Part shown: in pieces, positions 7,569 through 12,553 of the stretch
Position numbering within the stretch: position 1 is the stretch's first letter
Layout of the letters: each line of letters begins with the position of its first letter
Virus record (IMG/VR): IMGVR_UViG_2695420747_000002
Strand: one strand, 5' to 3'
DNA length: 12,553 bases
Source of the DNA: a virus
Lineage: Duplodnaviria > Heunggongvirae > Uroviricota > Caudoviricetes
The notes under the pieces: generated by a model
Databases searched by the model: none
The model's input: the letters and a program-made list of their open reading frames with translations, nothing else
Told to the model about the DNA's origin: nothing
Made by a program: the position numbers and the translations under genes

Positions 7569-10385
7569 TCAATCTTTATCGTAAAAACTGCCACGTCCGG
7601 CACGGGCGCGCCGTTCCATCTCTGCCCTGACCATTTCACCGACCAGTTTCGCCAGTTCGCGGGGATTCTGCGTAACAACGTTATGCAGATGAACATGAAT
7701 TTCACCGCAAAATCCGGAGACAGCAGGCTCCCGGTTACGGGAAGTTGCAGGAACTGATGCCACTGGCGATCGTATGGCCTCCGCCACCGGGCGGGAGCTG
7801 GCCGCAACAACAGGGACCAGCGCCGGAGGCAGCGGAGCCGAGACCACGGGTGTGATATTAATTGCGGGGGCAGGCTTACTGACCTGCGCAATCTTCTGCT
7901 CCTGCCACTCCCCACGAACAGCAAGTGCGCGGGGCAGGTTCTTAAAGACAATATCGCCGGGGCCAATGCGTTTTTTCGTCTCATCAACCAGCTTACCTGT
8001 GTTATCAGCAATTTTGCTGAGTCTGCGTAGCGTCCCGGTATTGCTGTCTGTGAGCGGTTTGTTGTCTTTGGGTTTATCACCTCCGGTGCCATTGCCATTT
8101 TCCACAGGCTTCGGCGGATTGATTTTCGCCAGGTCCCCCTGAAGCAAGGCAACCTTGTCCTGAAGAATGGCCGCACGCTGTGCGTCTTCGATTTTCTTGC
8201 GCGCCCTTTCCGCTTCATCCGGAAGGACACCAAGTTTTTCAAGTATCCACGCCAGCGTATCCAGTAGCATTTTTGCAGGTGTCAGAACAAGTTGTAACGC
8301 ACCGCCAAGAACGTTACCGAATACCTCGCCAGCACTGGTGCATTTATCCAGCGTTTCCTTGCTGGACTCCATCGGTGACAACAGCGATTTAAACCAGTTA
8401 AACACCAGGCTGATCCCGCTTCCGATTGCGTCAAAAACAGGGCCAAACCGTTCAAAGGTTTCACGCAACGGGGTCAGCCTTTCCATAATCCCGCTGAACA
8501 CCCCGGCAAAAAATGCCCTGATGGGATCCCAGTATTTCCAGATAAGAACGGCAGCTCCGGCAAGCGCAGCCACGATAAGACCAACCGGACTGAACAGCGC
8601 CCCGATAGCGCCACCCAGCAAAGAAACAGAACCCGTCACCATTCCCCACAGCGCAGGCAACACCCTGATGACATTCATTGACCGGGTAAGAATGTCGAAA
8701 CCAAGACGCAAGGTGGCCAGCTTCCCGTAAAGCACCCCAATAACCAGCGACAACGAGCCAATCGTTGCAGTCATTGCCAGCAACGCACCGCCTGCTATCA
8801 GTAGCTGGCGCGTCAGTACCGGATGGGCCTGCGCCAGCGAGGTGATTTTTTCAAGCACCCGCGTGAGCCACTGCGTGACAGAACGCAGCGGACCGTCAAC
8901 CAGATCACTGATGCGAATACGAAGACCTTCCCATGCGCTGTCGAGATTTTTCAGGTCTCCATCAAGATTATCGGCCATTACTTTTGCAACGCGATCGGCC
9001 TCTCCCCTTGCCCCCTGCAATTCTCTGGTCAGTTTTTGCAGTTCTCCTGAACCAGCCGCCGCAACAAGCGTCTGCAAACCAACGAACGCCTCTTCTCCGG
9101 CAATGTCCTTGAAGAAGGAGACCTGGTCCACCTGTCCGTATTTTTGTGTCGCCTTATAGAGATCAAGCAGCACATCCTCCATCGGGCGCATTTTGCCTCT
9201 GGCGTCAGCAACTGACACCCCCAGCTCTTTCAGTGCATCAGCCGCAGCTTTTGGCGGTGATGCAAGGCGGGACAGACTTGCGCGCATGGCCGTACCAGCA
9301 TCGCTTCCGCGAAGACCATTATTGGCAAGCATCCCGGCCATGGCCGCCGCTTCTTCAAGACTGATACCAAGTTTTGCGGCAACCGGACCGGTATACTTCA
9401 TGGTTTCGCCCAGCGCGCGTAAATCAGTATTGGTCCGGGTGAATGCTGCTGTCAGCGTATCGCCAACCCGGTCCATTTGATCGGCTGTCAGGTTGAACTG
9501 TGTGAGGATATTGGAGCCTATATCAGCCGTCTCGCCGAGTTCGACGCCACCTGCCAGCGCCATATTAAGAACACCGGGCAATGCGGCCTGAATGGCCTGC
9601 GGAGTAAAACCAGCCATTGCCAGAAAGCTCTGCCCACTGGCGGCATCACTCGCAGTAAACTGTGTTTCAGAACCAAGTTTTAACGCCTGCTCACGCAGCG
9701 CCTTAAACTGCGGGCTGTTTTTGTCGATTCGCGTCAGTGCCTGAACGCGGGACATCTCTTTGCCGAACCCGATCGCAGGCTGCAAAAAACGCCCGGCAGC
9801 ATAGCCGCCAGCCGCTGCAGCACCAATTGCCAGCGCACCACCTGTTTTCAGTTTTCCCGCGGTTTCCTGCGCGCGCGAATACCGCTCACGCGCCCGCGTT
9901 ACACGCGCAAGCGCCTGCCGTTCGCGTTCAAGCTGGTTGTTGTACTGTTCGGTGCGTCTGATGGCCTGCTGGATGGTGTTATCGCTGCCTGTCAGGGAAA
10001 TGCCGTGGCGTTTCAGCTCTCCGCCAAGCTCCCGCATTTTCTGAATTTCCCGTGTGCGCGATTCATTCAGGCGTTCAAGCCGGGTGCTTAACTGCTGCAT
10101 CAGCTTTTGTTGTTTTTCGCTGAGCACTGTACCCGTGCGTTGTAACTGATTAAGGGCGTTAAGCTGGCGTCGTGCTTTCACGATGCCAGCATCCGCTTTA
10201 CTGACAGCGTCACGGGCGCGCTCAAATGAACGCGCCTGACGCTCGAGATTTTTGATCGCCCCCTGCGTTCGCTGGATGGAGTCACCAAACTGCCCCATCA
10301 GGCGGCGGGCGTTTTCGGCAGGCCGGGTCAGCCTGTCAACGGCGCTGAAAGCGACCCGGATATCAAGAGTCTTCATTATCTGCAT
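7569..10385 (-). CDS. T: tail tape measure protein, P2 gpT-like
   Basis: 938 aa with a coiled-coil-rich N-terminal third, Gly/Ala-rich hydrophobic central segments and a position between E/E' and U, all typical of tape measure proteins. Confidence 0.85.
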   Translation of the reverse strand: MQIMKTLDIRVAFSAVDRLTRPAENARRLMGQFGDSIQRTQGAIKNLERQARSFERARDAVSKADAGIVKARRQLNALNQLQRTGTVLSEKQQKLMQQLSTRLERLNESRTREIQKMRELGGELKRHGISLTGSDNTIQQAIRRTEQYNNQLERERQALARVTRARERYSRAQETAGKLKTGGALAIGAAAAGGYAAGRFLQPAIGFGKEMSRVQALTRIDKNSPQFKALREQALKLGSETQFTASDAASGQSFLAMAGFTPQAIQAALPGVLNMALAGGVELGETADIGSNILTQFNLTADQMDRVGDTLTAAFTRTNTDLRALGETMKYTGPVAAKLGISLEEAAAMAGMLANNGLRGSDAGTAMRASLSRLASPPKAAADALKELGVSVADARGKMRPMEDVLLDLYKATQKYGQVDQVSFFKDIAGEEAFVGLQTLVAAAGSGELQKLTRELQGARGEADRVAKVMADNLDGDLKNLDSAWEGLRIRISDLVDGPLRSVTQWLTRVLEKITSLAQAHPVLTRQLLIAGGALLAMTATIGSLSLVIGVLYGKLATLRLGFDILTRSMNVIRVLPALWGMVTGSVSLLGGAIGALFSPVGLIVAALAGAAVLIWKYWDPIRAFFAGVFSGIMERLTPLRETFERFGPVFDAIGSGISLVFNWFKSLLSPMESSKETLDKCTSAGEVFGNVLGGALQLVLTPAKMLLDTLAWILEKLGVLPDEAERARKKIEDAQRAAILQDKVALLQGDLAKINPPKPVENGNGTGGDKPKDNKPLTDSNTGTLRRLSKIADNTGKLVDETKKRIGPGDIVFKNLPRALAVRGEWQEQKIAQVSKPAPAINITPVVSAPLPPALVPVVAASSRPVAEAIRSPVASVPATSRNREPAVSGFCGEIHVHLHNVVTQNPRELAKLVGEMVRAEMERRARAGRGSFYDKD

Positions 10386-10901
10386 TCCCGCTGCGAAGTG
10401 CCGCCCGCTCGCGCCAGCTAACCACTTCGCCGGGCGTCATCATGAAGATTTCGGCGGGCGACCAGTTAAAAATGGCGGCAATATCCGCCACCAGATCTTC
10501 GATGTGCTCAAAGCACACCAGGGTGATTACGCTGCCGTCTCCTGCACGCTCTTCGCGCCAGAGTCTGGCTCGCTCATAAAATTTACAGCCACTGCGCACA
10601 ACTGAATAAAATCGCGTGACGACATTTTTTTAATCATCACTTCATCCAGTCGTGGCGAGGTCACGCGAGGCAACAGCGTAAACATGGTATCCGCTTTCAG
10701 ATTCAGCACATCAGACAGCGACAGACCACGCAGGGATCCAGCCTGCTCAATAGCCCCGGTGATCTCCACATACGTGATTTTTTCGCCACCACGCTCAATT
10801 GGTCGGGTCAGTTTTACGCCACGTTCGACAGCCATATCCTCACCTGCCGTCACATCATCCGCCACGGTGTTATTCCGGGTTTCAGTATCGATGTCTTTCA
10901 T
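10363..10901 (-). CDS. tail assembly chaperone E+E' (predicted programmed -1 frameshift product)
   Basis: The -1 frame relative to E opens just after a TAA (10632-10630) at the A7 run and stays open for about 88 codons to TGA at 10363-10365, overlapping the T start. Same arrangement as P2 E/E+E' and lambda G/GT. Confidence 0.55.
10527..10901 (-). CDS. E: tail assembly chaperone E, P2 gpE-like
   Basis: 124 aa; AAGGAG 7 nt upstream of the ATG at 10901; lies between FII and T and contains the slippery A-run at about codon 91-92. Confidence 0.75.
   Translation of the reverse strand: MKDIDTETRNNTVADDVTAGEDMAVERGVKLTRPIERGGEKITYVEITGAIEQAGSLRGLSLSDVLNLKADTMFTLLPRVTSPRLDEVMIKKMSSRDFIQLCAVAVNFMSEPDSGAKSVQETAA
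10624..10632 (-). other. putative -1 ribosomal frameshift site (A7 run) for E+E'
   Basis: E-frame codons ATT AAA AAA ATG; the second tRNA-Lys can re-pair one nucleotide back on AAA. The -1 frame has a stop immediately 5' and is open 3' of this run. Confidence 0.5.
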
Positions 10902-10956
10902 CAGTTGTCTCCTTTTCAGTCAAAGGCGACGCACTGCGCCGCCTGCATATTACTTA

Positions 10957-11469
10957 TCAGCCAAGCCCAAGCGCGGAACGGATACGGTCAGGCACAATGT
11001 CCTTGCCGTCCTTCCGGTAGATGTGGTTCAACAGGTCGATTTCCCACAGCGGGCGATCGTTAACGCTCAGCTTGTAGTAGGTGTTTTTGACAGCGTAAGT
11101 GTGTGATGTGGCTTCGCCCTGTTTGGCTTCCCCCATATCAATTTCCGTCACACGCCCGCGCATCTCGATTTCATACAGATCGCTTTCTGCATCGGTGTAG
11201 TATTCACCCGCAAAACGCAGCAGCGTGCCGTCAATCGTGCCGCCATATTTAAGGAACAGCGCACGAACAGCTCCCCCCATGACAAAACTCGCATCAAGCG
11301 CGGAGTCGTCCAGACCGAGATCAATACTTACCGCCCCCATCATGCCACCACCACGATAGCTGTCGGTTTTGCGCGTCAGTTTGGGCGGCGTGACGGATGT
11401 CACTTTACCCACTTCGTTTTCACCATCCACAAACAACGTAAAAAAGCGAAGATGTTTTGGTACAGCCAT
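10957..11469 (-). CDS. FII: tail tube protein, P2 gpFII-like
   Basis: 170 aa against 172 aa for P2 FII; recalled motifs (..TPPKLTRK...YRGGGM.G...DLGLDD.AL, RGR..EID.GE.KQGE); ATG overlaps the FI stop (TGATG). Confidence 0.85.
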   Translation of the reverse strand: MAVPKHLRFFTLFVDGENEVGKVTSVTPPKLTRKTDSYRGGGMMGAVSIDLGLDDSALDASFVMGGAVRALFLKYGGTIDGTLLRFAGEYYTDAESDLYEIEMRGRVTEIDMGEAKQGEATSHTYAVKNTYYKLSVNDRPLWEIDLLNHIYRKDGKDIVPDRIRSALGLG

Positions 11470-12422
11470 CAGGCACCTCCCAGCACCGCAAATGCGGGAC
11501 CAAAGAATTCATCAGTAAACGTCTGGTAAAGCTCCATGTCTTCCAGCGGGGGAACAGGCGTATATTTGTAGCGAATACGCACACGTCCCTGACGTAAATT
11601 CGTGGTGCCGTTATCCACCACGTCATACCAGCACTCCGCACCAATCAGTTTCCCGGCAGTAACCAGCGAATCCAGTTTTGCCCTGATGGCGCTGATAACA
11701 TCCTTCACGTTCGCAGGTGTCAGTGGACTGTCGATGGTTTCAAACTGCGCTTCCGCAATTGAATCAGCCAGCACCTGTGCGGTTCGGGTATACACCTCAA
11801 AGATGTAGGCGTTCGTTTCCGGTGTGCGGTTGCCCCAGAAGCGGAACCCGTTGCGACGAATAATGGTCGTGATTTCTTTGTTGTTGAGGCTATTGGCATC
11901 GCTGTCTTCGGCCTGCAACGACCAGAACACATGCCTGGACATTCCCAGCACATTTTTAACCGGAACGTTGGACAGCGATTTGTGCCAGCCCTGCTCATGG
12001 TCAATGCACGCACGAAGGCCGCACGCATAAGCAGGCGCGGGGAACGTTTCGTTTTTGCCACTTTTCGGGTTGTAGGCGATGAAGTCCGGCCATAAGAGCA
12101 TCACCTCACGTTCGTTGAATTTCTGGCGGTAGGTAATCGCCTCAGCCATCGTGTTACAGCCGTGACATGAGGCATACACAAACGCGCGCAGTTTACCTGC
12201 AATCACGCACAGGGATTTTGTTACAGCCTCCGTGTCCAGCTCCGGCGCGGCCAGAATACGCGGACGGTATCCGATGCTTTCATCCTGCTCTGCAACAAGC
12301 AGCGCATACATCCCCGTATAGCTGCCGTCATCCTCAGAACCACCGATAACCAGTTGATCCTGCGTCTTTCCGTCTTCTTCTTTGTGTTCAGCCACGCGAA
12401 CGACGATCACCTTTGTGCTCAC
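11469..12422 (-). CDS. FI: tail sheath protein, P2 gpFI-like, N-terminally truncated and probably non-functional
   Basis: 317 aa with recalled sheath motifs (PRILA.P.LDT, KLRAF.Y, YRQ.F..RE.M..WPDF, EQGWHK.LSNV, IRR.GFRFWGNRT, YTPVPPLE). Similarity continues 5' of the GTG at 12422 up to an in-frame TGA at 12480-12482, with no ATG or RBS; about 60-90 N-terminal residues expected of a roughly 396-aa sheath are missing. Confidence 0.7.
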   Translation of the reverse strand: MSTKVIVVRVAEHKEEDGKTQDQLVIGGSEDDGSYTGMYALLVAEQDESIGYRPRILAAPELDTEAVTKSLCVIAGKLRAFVYASCHGCNTMAEAITYRQKFNEREVMLLWPDFIAYNPKSGKNETFPAPAYACGLRACIDHEQGWHKSLSNVPVKNVLGMSRHVFWSLQAEDSDANSLNNKEITTIIRRNGFRFWGNRTPETNAYIFEVYTRTAQVLADSIAEAQFETIDSPLTPANVKDVISAIRAKLDSLVTAGKLIGAECWYDVVDNGTTNLRQGRVRIRYKYTPVPPLEDMELYQTFTDEFFGPAFAVLGGA

Positions 12423-12519
12423 CTGGTCTGCGATGGCCTTAAGCGCACGATAAAGCGTCCCCGTTGTCCCTAATGCCGATCAGTTAAGGATCAGTTGACC
12501 GATCCAGTGGCTGTGTAAG

Positions 12520-12553
12520 AATCCGGAAACGCTCACTTGTTTCCGGATTTTTT
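12520..12553 (+). terminator. plus-strand intrinsic terminator-like hairpin at the window edge
   Basis: AATCCGGAAAC (12520-12530), loop GCTCACTT, GTTTCCGGATT (12539-12549), then TTTT running to the window end. No plus-strand gene precedes it in the window. Confidence 0.45.

Noticed and set aside
7553-9683. ORFs of 60-229 aa antisense to, or in alternative frames of, the tape measure gene (for example 7553-8242 minus, 7774-8142 plus, 8167-8730 plus, 9193-9480 plus)
   Set aside because: They lie entirely inside a long, well-supported tape measure gene, have no RBS or recognisable domains, and are the open alternative frames expected in GC-rich coding DNA.
11420-12349. ORFs overlapping the sheath gene (11420-11644 minus, 11602-11808 plus, 11720-12061 minus, 11824-12030 plus, 12167-12349 plus)
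   Set aside because: Alternative-frame or antisense ORFs inside the sheath coding region, with no RBS or domain support.
12474-12518. Short plus-strand frame ending at TAA 12516-12518 just before the edge hairpin, as an intact small gene
   Set aside because: No start codon after the upstream in-frame TAA at 12471-12473; at most the 3' remnant of a disrupted gene.

Overview
The window reads as the tail-morphogenesis region of a P2-like (Peduovirus-type) myovirus prophage in an enterobacterial background, judged from ORF-track translations and gene order; no searches were run and all homology calls are from memory. A plus-strand block (184-6295) encodes R, S, V, W, J, I, the tail fibre H and a lambda-Tfa-like assembly chaperone, mostly with overlapping stop/start codons. 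It converges on a minus-strand block (12422-7068) encoding a 5'-truncated sheath FI, tube FII, chaperone E with a frameshifted E' extension, tape measure T and U. Between the two blocks lies a strongly AT-rich island of about 770 bp (6296-7067) carrying one minus-strand gene for a hexapeptide-repeat, serine-acetyltransferase-like protein with its own sigma70-like promoter and a shared hairpin terminator. This cargo gene is the best candidate for an accessory function such as lysogenic conversion or superinfection exclusion. The prophage looks rearranged and probably defective: the FI-to-U operon is inverted relative to canonical P2, gene D is absent after U, and the sheath ORF lacks its N-terminus.
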